Source: Vermamoeba vermiformis
Lineage: Eukaryota
DNA length: 64,000 bases
Assembly (NCBI GenBank): GCA_045837725.1
Contig: JBEWZL010000126.1
Span: forward strand, 124,001 to 188,000
Direction of reading: 5' to 3'
Shown here: one piece after another, positions 36,968 through 51,007 of the stretch
How positions within the stretch are numbered: position 1 is the first letter of the stretch
Layout: each line of letters opens with the position of its first letter
Made by a program: the position numbers and the translations under genes
The notes under the pieces: model-generated
What the model saw: the letters and a program-made list of their open reading frames with translations, nothing else
Told to the model about the DNA's origin: nothing
Databases searched by the model: none

Positions 36968-39900
36968 TTACTTGACCATCGATTTTAGGATAGCGCCACT
37001 GGTTCTCGAAAATCAATTGATCAGTATTGTACGTCTCGAAGTTTAAGTCCCTCTGCGGAAAATAATCGCGCTTGGCAAAATAGGGCTCTATCAACTGTTG
37101 AATAGGATTATCCTTCTCTATAACAAACTATTAATACTTCTAATCTTCAAATATAAACTAACAACGTACCCAAATTAGGCAAAACCATTTCTTTCCATTC
37201 ATGAAAAGGATACTTCTCAAAGCTGAAATCCGTTAACTCTTCAATGGTGGTAATCCATTGATCGAAGTTCAGTCTATACGGGCTATAGATATTGAAGATT
37301 TTGCCGTTCAAGCGTTGAATTTGAGATCCAGCTGCAACAATGATCTTGGCTGTAAAATCAACTGGCGTCATTTCAAGCCTTGCGTCAGTGAAAAATGGCG
37401 CCTTCTGAGTCGCAATTATTCCGCGTAGCAATCGATTATCAAAATCGTCTGTTGAGTAGTCAGATCAATTAGTCAAAAATAGATCCGTATATATTTTTCT
37501 TGCCTTCGTTGCAATAGCCTGTTATTGACGAACTAGATATCATACCAGGTCTCAATATTATGGTCTTAAGACCTAATTTGTTAGCCTTGTAGACCAACTT
37601 CTCGGCGACAAATTTGCTCGTACTGTCAACAGTTAATAAATTCATCGGCTCGATTGAACATTAATATAACTCTTACTTGTACCCTCCAAATGCATTTGCT
37701 CGCTTATTGAACTCTTCAGCAAAATCTTCGTAGTTAAGTTCAATTTCCCTGCGATAATTGTCGGTCCAACAGGCACTAGTAGTAGACACGTGGACTAATG
37801 ACTTGACTTTGTCCGTCCATGCCAAATCAATCACATGCTTTGTACCGATAACGTTGGCTATCTTAAGCACTGAATAAGGCAAGACTGAATTGACTTGCGC
37901 AGCTGAATGGTAGATCTGATCCACGGATGTAGAGAGCTCTTTGTAAACTTCTTCTGTAAGCCCTAGTTTCTCTTGCGAAATATCGCCAAGTACCTTGAAA
38001 CTAATATTAACATTTTGGATCGAATATGATATTAGTAAAGACGTACTGGTTTGACGATCTGATCGTATTTTTCAAGCCACTCCATCTTTGCGTAGGCAAA
38101 ACGAGCCTTGATTACATCAAGCGGAGTTGTGTTTGATCGATCTTTTGCGGGTCTAATCAAGCAGTAAATTGTTGAAATTTCGGGTTGAGTTGTCAAGAGC
38201 TCGTACAACAGTTGGGTGCCCAAGAATCCGGTGACACCTGTCAACAGCACAACTCTAACAACCTCTGCCACTATCTTTGTTATTCTTTGTCATATCTATT
38301 TTTGGAGTGATCTCGTCAAGGATTTCAAGTTCTTTTCGAATGTCAAATTGAAGTGTAGGGTCCACTTTCGACGTCGTCACGAGCTTTGATAATGATTCAA
38401 TAGTTGCATTCTAACGGAAATATGTTAGCGCTTGCCATCTATGTTACATTTATACTACCTCGTTGAATAACGCGTTCATTGGAAGATCGACCTTGTAGTC
38501 ACTTTTGATCATGTTGCGAAGCTTTACGGCACTCAACGAGTCAACACCAGCGAACGTAAGTTTTGCTAAGAGAATATATTAATATATTAATATGATGTAG
38601 TCGTCATTGTTATCTTATGCAAAAATACTTACTGTTCGTATCTGCGGCTGGTGACGAAATTCCGAGCTCCTCTAACATTTGCTTGATTTTCTGTACGATC
38701 TCCGCACTATTACTTTCATTATTGACCTGATTAACCTTTTGAGGCTCTTCTCCCAAACGTTCATAAGCTTCGGAAATCTCCTTTTGGAATTGCTTCTCGA
38801 GTAAGTGCCTCATGATTTTCCTATCGTCACCTTTGATCAAGGGCTCAGGCACCAAAATAACCCCCAATGGTATTTCATGAGGTCGTAGATGCTCTTTTCG
38901 AGCTATTCTGTGTAACTCGTTGTTGATCAGAATTGTCGCATCCGGAGTCTTCAGCGCTTCTTCAAACGATTTCTTTTCAGTGAAATGTTTCTGAGCCCAC
39001 ATTTCAACGACAGTACGCTTTGGATGAATAACACAAAGCTAAATCAAGCATTAACATCGATTGAAAGTCTCGGATGACATGACACGTGTCAAAGAGAGCA
39101 TGACCTTGTGACAAGAATTTACGTACCAAATATGATTTCAACGGGTTACCGTGAACATAAATGTCTTCGATGAACGGGCTTTGCACGTAAAATCCCTCTA
39201 ACCGAGAAGGCCTTCATAACGACGTTAGTACGTACTTTTATCAACATTGTTATTCGAACTTACGCGACGAATTCTCCTTGCGCTAACTTGAAAATTGACT
39301 TCTTGCGGTCTATAATATGAATCTCATCGTTGGGCAATAGTTCAATAATATCGCCTGTATGGTACCATCCGTCGATGAACACTTCACCGCTGCAAAAAAA
39401 TATGTCAATTCTAGTTTTCATGAACGGCGAAATTTCTATCCTTACGTTCGACTAACATCACCATAGTATCCGTTAGACTAAAGAAACTTATTGTTAGTAT
39501 ACTAATCAGGCCTAATTTTGATTTGTCACGAGACGTACTTTGTATTCTTTTTTAACGCACAGCTCGCCTCTTGGATACGGCAAATCTTTGCTAGAATAGC
39601 CTTCCCAATCCTCTAACTTGTAAACTAAGAATAGAAAATAGGTCACAATAAATTATTTTGGCAATTACTAAGCTACCTAGCCTCGAGCTCAAATATCCAT
39701 TGGTTGCGATTGTTCCGACTTCAGAAGCGCCATATGACTCATATACTTTAGCTTTCGGAAATAAGCGCTTCATAAGTGCAAAGACCTCGGGACCAATCGG
39801 TGCTCCTCCAGTCATAATTTTGTCAACACGGGTGCCGAGAATCGTTGAGAACTTGGACAAAGCTATTTCATTCGCTTGTTCGAGCTGAAAAATAGCGCTA

Positions 39901-41703
39901 CTAGTGCCAAAACTTGCGTCACGTCAATCCAAAAATAATAATTTTAATAATTCATCAGATCAGATCCCAAACGAAATAAATCGCATTTTGCGGACTTACC
40001 GAGTGGCCTTGCTGCATCAAATCATTGACAGCGGCTTTAAACTCTGCATAAATCTTGTTCCAGAAGACAGGTGTGGCAGCAACGCTACTAGGCTGAAGGA
40101 TCTGGATGTCCTCGAAGAGCAGATCCACGTTCTACAAGCCGAGTCAGTATATAATTAAATTATGCCAATTATGCTATAATAACTAAATGCTCTAAATATA
40201 TGCTTACTCTTGAATAGATTGCCGTTCTGAGTCCGCAAACAACAGCGCGGAGGTCAGTTTCTCGCTCACTATTGCTCCATCGTAAGGCAACACCATAACA
40301 CCCATGAGTAAGATCAGTATCAAGCCATTTCCTAGCATACTTCTCGGTGACTACTACTCCTTTAGGTACTCCAGTACTGCCGCTAGTGTCTGAAAAAGTG
40401 ATAAGTACACGTTCAAAAAAACGAGTAATTTCAGGAATTTTTAGTCGTTAGAGCGTTTTTTTTGGCATTATATTTTGTATATATAAGTGTTTTTTAGCAT
40501 ATTATACGACTTACAAATCAAAGTCGCAACATCGTCCGGTTTTGTATTGCCAACAAGCATGAAGCTGTTGTTCTTCTTGCCCATTCGTTCAATTTCGCTA
40601 AATGAATATATTTTCAACCCATCTTTGATCAAATGTCCGTATTTTTCTTGAATTATTGCTTTTGTCAAGACAGAATTTGGTATGAAAATTAAGAACGAAA
40701 TTGACGGCGTGTTTTTGCTAACAAGCAACGCATTTTCTATTGTAGTGTCGTCGCATACTAATCCTTTCATTTTTGTATGATTTACGATGTGCGTGACTCC
40801 ATCAACACCTAAAGTTATTACGGATCAGATCAGGGTTCAATTTTTAAATTCGTTATTATGCTTTAGTCCTTACCCAAGTTGTACGGTATAACAGGACCAA
40901 TAATATTATTAACGTAGCACGAAAAAGTAGCGATGTACCAATCAATGCTATTGCGTCCAAATACTCCAATGAAGTCTTTTAGATCCACGAACTGCCGTAA
41001 ACCAAAACCAAAATTCTTTATGCGCTCAAACACTTCTTGATAAGTGAGCCATTTAAATTCCCTTTTAAATTGGCCGTTTGAGTCGATTTCTCGGTACCCT
41101 AAGCACGGTCTAGACAAGTGTTAAAAAATAAATCAGTTAATTACTTTTTACGTTACCTTTTCGCCCAGAACTTGAATGCGTTGCTATAATTAATTAGCAT
41201 TAGTCGTTAAGATACTCCTAAATAAAATATACTAACCAAAGCACTGCGCAAACGCTGTCACCAGATCTGACTTCTTTCTTAATCTTCTCTACATGCGATT
41301 TCTCGTATATTAACTCGTGCTCATGGTTGATTGTTGGTTTGCATTCCACACAAACATAATAATACTCCTTGCAATCTACGCACAGAATATTAGAGCTACC
41401 CCGATCTTCAGTTGACACGATTATGCATCATATAGCACTGAATAATATGAAAAAATGTTGATAATGTCATTCCGAGTGCTATTATTATTGTGAGAATAGC
41501 ATGCCTGCTAAATTTTTAAATTATTAATATTTTTGTTATTAATTATTAATGTTGATTACCGAGACAAATATACCGTGGCTTCGACTTATAAATGAACTTA
41601 TTGCAATGTACGCATTTTACGCGATTTTCTGGTCCATTGATTAGTGATCAGGGTCGGTGTAAGATCTCGGCTGCTTACCAGTACCATCAACAACGGACAA
41701 CAT
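36968..41703 (-). CDS. Carboxylic acid reductase-like NRPS-like enzyme (ZZ zinc finger-adenylation-thiolation-thioester reductase)
   Basis: CVHC...YICLDC...VCVEC...[38 protein letters not shown]; carrier motif GVDSL; reductase [16 protein letters not shown] and NVIGT. Confidence 0.88.
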
Positions 41704-41920
41704 GATAATTATAGTACTATATAAAACAATAAATATTTACACTGCACTTGTGGTAAGTGCTGTAATTTACAAAATTAATTTGTTTGGCGAACAAAGCGAG
41801 AATTTGACCACCAGGCTTTATTTTCCTTAAAAACAACTGCCTGAGTTCGTTGGTTACGTCGGTTGTGGTTTTAAATTATTAACTATCAAAAAGAAAGTAA
41901 GGTCGTATCGTTTATTGTTT

Positions 41921-43538
41921 CTAACAAACTATTCCTAGAATAAACAATACGGCTACTGCTTGAGACAATCGAGTTGCTTGGCCACCACTTGTGACGCTGC
42001 TAGTATTTGGAGTTGAACTAGGATTGCCATTGGGTTGATTGGCTGAGTCAGGAGTATTTTCCGATGGTGCTGGCGGAATGCATTGTATGGCAATTGTAAC
42101 GTCATGTGGAGGAGTGCCGAATCTCGTCGTTTCAAAGCTAATGTAAGTCGTGTCATTGACAACGGACACATTTGTCACGTTAGTCGAGACAGGCAGTGAG
42201 GAGCACTGTGACACCGGATCTTTAGCAGTGCAAACGAGACTTGCGTCAAAGTCAGTAAAGTTGTTGCACGATGTCAACGTGGTTGGGCAATCGTAGTAGT
42301 CTGGCTCGATGAAGCAGCGAGGAATGGAATGAAGTTCCATATCTCCGTCCACTAGAATGTGCATGTCCGTGATCGCAATCGTAGCGCCGAAGAAAGTTCG
42401 CTGATAGGGCCCATCGAAGGCACCAACGATAGCCCATGAGCCTGACCTTCGTTGCACGATTAAGACCTTGTTACCTATTGCGGCGGATACCAAGAAAGTG
42501 TCGGTGTTGAAGGCCACGGAAGTATAGCCAAAAAGACCCCAGAATGCTGTTGAGTCTTGTTGGTTCCAGGCACCAGTCGCATTCTTCGTAAACAAGAAGA
42601 CTGTGTTATCGGTCGCCTTGCCCGCCATTACTGCGTCATCTCCGTTCCAAGATAAAGAGTCCGCATTAAGACCGAAGTGAAGTGAGTCTTTGATGGTCCA
42701 GATCCAGGAAGTTGCGTTTGAAGAAAGTTGGTAAATGTAGATATTGTTTCCGTCACCAGCCACCAAGTGATTATTGTCGAACTGAAAAGTAGCTTTGTTG
42801 AAGACAAAGCTATAATAATTATTACCCACAGGAGAGGAGATTTCAAGATGCTCGGAAAAAATAAACTTGTTCGTCATTGTCCAGTTGCCATTCACCAACT
42901 GAAACTTGTACATTCCTGCAGATTTGGCTTTGGCTATCCAGGAACCAGTTCCGAAAGCGTACGTGCTTATGCCAACGAAGGATCCATCAGATTGGAAACG
43001 GCCATATTCGAAGGTGATGCCTGCTTGCCAGGTCGGTCGTTGGACCTCAAGGATAGTGCCGTTTTCGGAAAACTTAAATAGCTCCAAAATCATCCGATAG
43101 CTGTGTGTCATCATATTCCAGCGGCAGTATGTCATTGAGGCCCATTCTCCATTCGTGTCCAGATCGGACCAGTTTTCCATCCCGATTGATACGTTAGGAA
43201 AAGTATGAAGGATCAATAACTTGTATCCTCCAGTAGAATTGCGCTTCCATACGCTCGTATTAAAGCCTAAAGGTCCAAAGGCCACAATCATATCTTTGTA
43301 CGCTTTGAACGATGGCCAATACCAGCCAGGCTGATTTCCCGCAAGATCCCAGATTCGGGTGTTCACTTCGGCGGTGAATGTCTTTAGATACAATAAGAAC
43401 GTTAGAGATATATTCAAATTCAATATAAATATGACTCGTTACCTCCAGCGTTCCATTGACGGTCAGGATCTGTGGTAAAGTTTCGCTACGAACACAAGCT
43501 ATGGCCACAACCAAAAGCAGTAAATAAAGTGACTTCAT
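41921..43538 (-). CDS. Secreted, probably GPI-anchored surface protein (beta-propeller-like)
   Basis: Signal peptide, one intron, many N-glycosylation sequons, FG-GAP-like FFGATIAI, a Ser/Thr/Pro stalk and a hydrophobic C-terminus. Confidence 0.7.
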
Positions 43539-43872
43539 CGTGCTTGCTTCTATGTGTATATGATATTGTTTATAAGAACGTTCTGCGTTTAAAACTTGTC
43601 ACTGCTATTGATTTTCCGAAAGAATCATGCGCAAGATCCGGTTAAATATCCGGTGATCTTCGAGCCAAGACCAAAAAACCTATTATGATCTTAAGCAAAA
43701 TAGTTAAAAGAACTATCACCGATTGATTCGACGATGAAACATGGTTTTGGAAGGCTTCTCTCTGATTGAAAAAGATTTTTTAATCTTAAGAAAATGGCAC
43801 TTTGTATAACATCTAGTGACCGTTGATAGTAATCGACTTAACATCTAATCGGTTCGCACGCAGTCACTCGTA

Positions 43873-44961
43873 TTATACACTTACGCGCTCCAAGTCGAAC
43901 AAGATCTCCTCAAAAGACGGTCGATCTCGGAAGGGCTTGCAACCAACACTTTTGCATAATCTCTGCAAGTATAGGGTTGCAGTTGACAGGTACTGGCAGA
44001 ATCTTGTTTTGATGCGCTACCATTGTGATGACTTGAAGTGGCGTGTGACCAGCAAACGGTGCCTGCACATTAGTCTATTAGTCACTTGCGGAGGGTTTAT
44101 CGCTTTTACTCTTAGACTATACTTACTCGCAATGTTATCAACTCCCACATGACGACGCCGAATGACCATACATCCACTTTCTCGCTGTAACTCTCTTGTC
44201 GTAACACTTCAGGAGCCATCCATTGAGGTGTACCGACACGTGTCATTTTTTCAGTCAAGAACTTGACACGACTCATGCCAAAATCAGCGACCTTGCAATT
44301 CCATTTCTCGTCGATCAAAATGTTGTGGCTCTGCAGACAACTGTTAGCAAACATGATCTAACTTCGAAAGAGCAAAACGAACCTTCAAATCGCGATGAAT
44401 AATTGGTGGGTCACACGCGTGCAAAAATGCCATGCCACGCGCAATTTGTTTCATAATGCGGACGCGCAAAGGCCAGCTGAGTTGAATCTTCTCTTTTGAT
44501 TGCTCGGAGGATGCAAGATATTCCACAACGAGGCCTCTTGACATGAACTCCTTCATGATTGCAAAGTTGGGTGCTTTGACGCTCAGACCAATGAACGTGA
44601 GAATATTTGGATGATCAAGCGTGCTGAGTAATGTGCACTCTTTGATCAAATCTTCAAACACTTCTTGCTGCTCTGACACCGACAGTGACACGCGCAACTT
44701 TTTGATAGCGACGGGTGTCTTCTTCCACGTGCCTGTATAGATTGTTAAGCACGCAATACACATTACAAGAACTGTTATTATGTACCTGAGTAGACCTCAG
44801 CAACGTGACCTCGACCGACCATTGTATTGAGTTTCAACTTCACTGGCCAATACAATCCTCGCTTCAGTTCGAAACGTCTGGATCGCACAATGTTTCATGT
44901 CACTGTTACGCGATCTGGTAAACATTTCTGCCTCGTGCAAACTAGTCCATGAATATACCAT
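43873..44961 (-). CDS. Tyrosine kinase-like (TKL) protein kinase
   Basis: [33 protein letters not shown] and DVWSFG. Both ends are approximate. Confidence 0.88.
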
Positions 44962-45072
44962 ATGCTCTCGATGCCACCTGTGCCATTCTTATTCCCAATT
45001 AAAGACTGAAGGCAGCTATAGAATGTCATAACAACGTGAAAGTGTCAGGTCAACAGTGCATCCACGTCGTCA

Positions 45073-45744
45073 TTCTAAAGAGGCCAAATTAATCGTTGCA
45101 CGGTTATATTATCTAAAAGAAGGTACTTACACGTTAGATTTAACATCGTAATCACCAAATTTGCAGAGATCTCATCGAGCCCGATCACCGGATCGATTTT
45201 GACGAAGTGCTCTTGTAGACGCGCATCAGTCTCGAGGTCTATGTCGTCAATAGCGACCCAAGAAGTCACTTTTTCATTGCCCTATTAGTAGAACGTCAAT
45301 ATCAATCTCAACCATTTGCCGTTAATCGATGAAGATTTTCGAATCGACGGCACGTGCAGCTTACCTCTTGCTTATTCCAGTCTTGTACCCAGGTTACTAT
45401 CTCGTCTTGTCGTGTCTTATGTCTCAAAGATGGCGTTGTGGATAATATTTCAGGTATTCCCGCGTTTTGAAGCATCAATTTTAAACGATCTAACGAGTTA
45501 CGAAAATATCTAAGGCCAAATAATTATAGTTAATAAATAATAATAATATATTACGCAATAGTAATATCTGGAGACTATTATTTTGGCGTAACGTTGATAA
45601 AATTTACCTCCACGTTGAAGACACAACAATATGCGCGCCAGTCTCATCAATGATGCGCTTTAATTGCTGCATAGCCACTTTACGAAATCCTTCGCGAGGG
45701 TTAATAAGCAAGACGCCGTCAACGTCAAGAAACAACACCTTCAT
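45073..45744 (-). CDS. HAD-superfamily phosphatase (HAD_SAK_2-like)
   Basis: MKVLFLDVDGVL, IIDETGAHIVVSSTWR, WVAIDD and DPVIGL. The 3' end is uncertain. Confidence 0.75.
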
Positions 45745-46106
45745 GATCTTCGTTACTCGATCGAGCTATGTTTCTTGCACGACGGAATAGTATTTGCACG
45801 TGTGCCGTATGGTATGTGTCACTGTTAAGTATTCAACTGATGCGGTGGCGAATGAGAAATGTGTAAATTGCCTTTTGCGATGAATTTCAGCCCAAAATAA
45901 ACCGAAGAAATTTTAGTTTAGCTTGTGACCGTTATTTGTAATTGAAACAAATTGATCTTTGGTGCTCTGTACAGCAAGACTTTGTTTGTATTTTTAGAAT
46001 ATTTGTTATCGTGATTGGGCGTAAATCGAGAAGAACAAGCCTCATCTCGTTTTACCAACGAATCGCGAACATAAACTCAGCAAATTGTTGGAAATAATAC
46101 AATACA

Positions 46107-49100
46107 ATGTCGACACCCAACAACAATAATACAGCATCTGCAAGTGCTCCACAAATTAGCACTTCGAGTAGTAACGTGGGAGCGGCTAATACTGACAGTA
46201 TGTTGAAGTAGCGCTTCAATAATTTATTCTGATATTAATTCCTCGTGCAAATGAATCATCTGCCATACCGATGCCTATTACAGCGGGTGATAAATTATTT
46301 TACTATTTTTCGGCAGATTTCTTGCAGATTGAACTACTCCTCTAATTTGCTTTAGGTCCTATCTTGTCGAGCGATATTTTTCACGAAGGCGATGTCATCA
46401 CATTACGCAAATATAAAGGCGACGGCTTATGGAAAGTAGAAGTCAACGGACACATTATGCTGATTCGCATCCCCGAAGTTCAAATAAAGCGGGTTGCAAA
46501 CGAAGACGGCAAGGGAATGAAAAAGCGAACAAGCATGGTACGTTTAAATTATATAAATACGATGAAATTTAATTATTATCAATACACACTTCCCGAGATA
46601 AGTGGCGAGATTTTTGAGAGATCACACGTAGAACAAAAAAATTAGCTAATAATAGAATAATAATAAATTTATGCTCTACGTGGCCCTACCATCTATGTCA
46701 TAATTTGGCGGTTCATTTGACCAAATTACGGACCCCGATCGAGTTACATTTTCAAAATTGCTTGTAAAAATTGCTCCTTTTGTGTCGTGTACATTTTCTT
46801 TTTGATACACTTGTTAATGTTTCCATTGTAGATGTCATTGATCGGCAAACGTAAGTCCAAATCAAAATTGCTTGGTGAACCAAAGATTGAAGTTGTGCCC
46901 GAAGGATCCAATGCCGCAGGAACCCCCGGTACTCCTACCACCTCCACTAGCATTAGTGATGACTACGGTAAGCTATTCATATCTATACTACATCTAATTG
47001 CACAAATTATTTCGAGTTTTGGCGGTTGTATGTAGCTCGTACAAGCACATACCTGTCACGAGATGAATTACATTGAAATTCTTTATTTTCATGCCATATT
47101 TCAAAAGTCTTTATTGTTTAAGATGCTGATAAGTTATATTTATCCTTGCTATAATATACAAAGCTTTTTAAAAGTATAACTGAAATCATGCGACACGCGA
47201 TCCAACTGCCATTAGATCTGCGTTAGCAACAATACCTTTTGCATATTTACATATTCTACATTATTTACCCGACGAGCTGAATCAAATGCATAATTGTTTT
47301 CAAATTCTATGTATCCCCTTATGCTTGCATGGTCGGCTGATCTAATGTACAGAAAAATACGCCTTAGACAAGCAAGCAAAGAAGAAAACAATGCGCAAGA
47401 GCATGATGAAGATCCCTTCATTACCTACCAAATTGCCTAATCAAGCGAGACTCACTGCACAACAGGTACGCACCTTATTTTTTTTTCAACCATTTTTTGG
47501 ATCTTTTCACCTTGCTTTTACAAATTCATCTGATATTTGCTATATGGCTCAAAATTACAAAAATATTCATGCGCGCGAACATTCAACTGTTAAGCAACAA
47601 ATTGTTTTGGAAAATCTCATCGCATCTAGCCGTTACGCGTTGCACAAAATTTGATTTGTCTATCCATTTGCTTTATTCATACCGGATATATATGATTTAC
47701 ATTGCTCGTGGTCTACTTGTGCCCCCGTGGTTAGCACTTAGAATCCTGAGGAATTTCATTTCGCGGGTCGAGATTTTCGCAACGAAGAAATTTTCGGCAT
47801 TTACGCCCAATTTTGTTTGTTTGTACATAGTATAGCGAATTTTATTTGTATTATATTTATTTTATGCGGCTACTAGCGAATCAACCCTACATCCAGTTTT
47901 GAGATTCGTTGCGAAATATAAATCCACGAGCAGAAAAGCAAATGGACAAAAAATCAACCAGAAAAATTCAAAGAAATTTTAGTGGACCTCCAGTAATATT
48001 ACCAGCATTTTTGAAACGCACGCGGTTACAAATAGAAAACCGGAGAGTAAGATCACCCTGAATTTGTGCAATATTAACGTTTACAAACAATAATATCTTT
48101 TTTATTCGTATATTTAACGGGATATACAAATTCTAACATAAGTTGCTGCTCTTGGGGCGATCTTGGACGAGAACACAAGATCGCTTCGGAATAATTATTC
48201 TTGGTTAATTAATGTCGCCTTTATTACTTAATTTACCACGAGCCATATAGCAATATCGATTTATGATGCTTTTTAACATCAGAAATTCTTAACTTTAAAG
48301 TATCTTCGTGAAATATGACTTACGAGTTTTCATCTTTAGGACTTGCGAGATCTGCGCGAAGAAATCGAGCTGTTGCGCGTTGACATCGATTTATTGGTCA
48401 AAGCAGTTGGTGAGGCCAATCCTGAGACTATGGAAGACCCTGTCTTGTCAAAAGTTTCAAAGGTACGTATTGACAGCAAGAAATCTAATTTTTCGTACGA
48501 TTTTTTTCAGAGAAACCTGTTGACCACGTGGTCAGCTTATAAACCGTTGAAAATCTATAAAAACACTTGCAACGCGATTTGTGAGTCGGAACCAGGACTC
48601 ACACCGAAAGATTTGCACAAATTTTAAAAAACTTAATCTCTTTATAAGACCATCCAAAAGCCACTTAGCACTCGTAATATTTATTAACTTGATTATGCAG
48701 CTCACACCTAACGAAGCTCTGCTCGAGAAAATGTTATCGAACGCGTTCCAAGTCACAATCACGAACCCTACAAGTGGCGAGCGTGAGACAAAGTCGATTG
48801 TTTTGGCAGATCAGCCTCAGCTCCGTTGGCGAGATTTGCTCATCCCGAGCATCAATCTCAACTCGTACTCGGCCACTGAGAAACAAAAGTTGACCACGCT
48901 CGAGTTCAACTTGTTCCCCTACAAAGACGTCGAAGAAAACAAGATCCAAGAGGGACTTAACCATTTGTTCGGTTTGGTCATTCACATGTTCCACGATCTC
49001 GGTCTTATCAAAGAGTTCAGAATCCCTGAAACGACTTTGTGGAGGTAAAATTTTGACGAGATCTGCCTCGTTCAGTGCGCATTTGCTAATTATGGAATTT

Positions 49101-50221
49101 TTTCCAGATTCGTGTTCGCGTGTTCTCGTCGATACAGAGCTGTTCCTTTCCACAGCTTCTACCACGCTTTCAATGTGACACAGACTTTGTATCATTTCTT
49201 GACTGGCTGCGGTGCTTCAAAGGCCTTCGGTTCGTTGGAATTGCTGGCCATGGTTATTGCTACAATGTGCCACGATATGGATCATCCTGGTCTCAACAAC
49301 GATTTCCAACGCAAGGCTCACACGCGCATTGCTCAATTGCACAAAAAATCTATCTTGGAAAATCACCATTACTTGCAGGTACGTTGCAAAATAGCGGATG
49401 TGGATCGACTTTGGTGAACTAATTCTGATTCGTTTAAAGGCTATGGGTATCTTGGATAAGAATGAATTTAACATTTTGATCAATATGCCATCCGAACAAA
49501 GAGACCAAGTGCTTCTCTACGTTCGTGACTTGATTTTGGCGACAGATCTGTCTATGCACGGTTTAGTCATTAGCAAGTTGAAAGAGCGTCAAAAGGTCGT
49601 CAGCCGTTTGCTTCAAAAACAAAACTGCCACTTGTTGCTCGATCAAGAAGACAAGATCTTGTTGATGTGCTCGTTAGTCAAGTGCGCTGATTTGTCAAAC
49701 GAAATTCGCGAGCAATCTTTGGCCAAACAATGGGCCAAGCTGGTGCTCGTCGAATTCTTCAAGCAAGCCGATACTGAAAAAGAATTGAAATTAGAGACTG
49801 CTGCATTTATGGACAGGTACGCACTTTTTTCATTTACAAAAGGATCCGATCCTGGATCACGCTAACTTTGAATGATATGATATCAAGTGCTCGTACTAAT
49901 ATTGTTGATATCTATAGGACGAAGATTATCATTTCTAAAGAACAGTTGAATTTTATCGAAAAGTTGTGTATGCCCCTCTACACCGCGACAGTGGCGATCT
50001 TCCCGAAGATGGACAAGTGCATCAAACAAATGCAATCGAACAGAGACGAGTGGGATCGATTGTTGAACTCGTTCTTTGTCGATAAGTCCACGCTGTCCAA
50101 TCAGAGCATTTGGGAAGGCGACAAGAAGGAGAAGACACCTGAAGGCCAGAACTTGTCAACGACACTCGCCTCACGTGCTTCCAACTCGTTGCAGCCAACG
50201 ACCAAGGACAAGAAGAAGTAA
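46107..50221 (+). CDS. Class I cyclic nucleotide phosphodiesterase with an N-terminal SH3-like segment
   Basis: FHSFYHA, HDMDHPGLNN, ILENHH, ILATD, KCADLSN, EFFKQ and QLNFI. The upstream exon FHEGDVITLRKYKGDGLWKVEVNG resembles SH3. Confidence 0.9.
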
Positions 50222-50772
50222 TCTAAAAACGATTATCAAATTTATTCTATTCTAGCACTGCGGTGTTAGAATGCGTTGTTTGATAGTTAGTTTTTTTGTA
50301 ATTATTTCATTTTAGTCACGAACCAAAACCCGCAATATTGTATTTTTTAAAACCCTATTCTTGTCGCCAGTTTTAAAAAGGCTGGCGATAAGAAATTACT
50401 AAATAATAAAGTAAAATTTGTTGAACGCGATCTGATCTGGATCAGAGCGGATCCACTTCTTCGTTCAAGCTAATCGTTGCGTTTAAAAGCCATAGTATTT
50501 AACGCACAGCTAAGTCTTGTGGTTCATGAGATCATGCGCGGGCTTGTGACTTGCTTTGGTAGCCCTCCGATGATTGGCTGGTTTTTTGCTTGATAAAATT
50601 AATAAAACCGAAGCCTTTTTGTTTTCGTCTTCAAGCGTTTATTATTCCACTACTGCACCATCATAGCACCACCGAAGGTCGTTCATACGACCGTTCGTAG
50701 TCGTAGATGACTGGAACGTAAGGTAAGTCTCGAAACTGCACCGATCAAACAACAAATCCACCGAAAATATTT

Positions 50773-50835
50773 TGTTCATGATGTTTTTAGACTAGAGTTT
50801 ATGAAAAGGATGATTTTAATTTTTCGCTGAAGCCA
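50773..50835 (+). ncRNA. Box C/D snoRNA, snR78/SNORD52-like (LSU rRNA guide)
   Basis: C box ATGATGT 50778, guide TTAGACTAGAGT (antisense to conserved LSU ACUCUAGUCU), D' ATGA 50801, C' near 50809, D CTGA 50827. A perfect 12-bp flanking stem pairs 50765-50776 with 50835-50846. Confidence 0.85.
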
Positions 50836-51007
50836 ACAAAATATTTAAAATTAATTAACAATTTTTTGATATTTTTGAATCCCATCTGACTCGTTTGTTG
50901 TAGGATCCTGCGCGCGATGTAAGAAACTCTTTGGCGTAATCTCAAGGATGATTGAGCGAGAGGTAAGCATCACAACATTTCAAGCGAACAAAAATTGTTT
51001 CGGGATC

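Noticed and set aside
43873-45744. HAD phosphatase-TKL kinase fusion
   Set aside because: The genes are co-oriented and only about 110 bp apart. However, the GTAAGT donor after the last HAD exon is phase 1, and the acceptors I tested gave a stop (T|AA, T|AG) or the wrong frame. I treated them as two genes; cDNA is needed to exclude a fusion or a bicistronic transcript.
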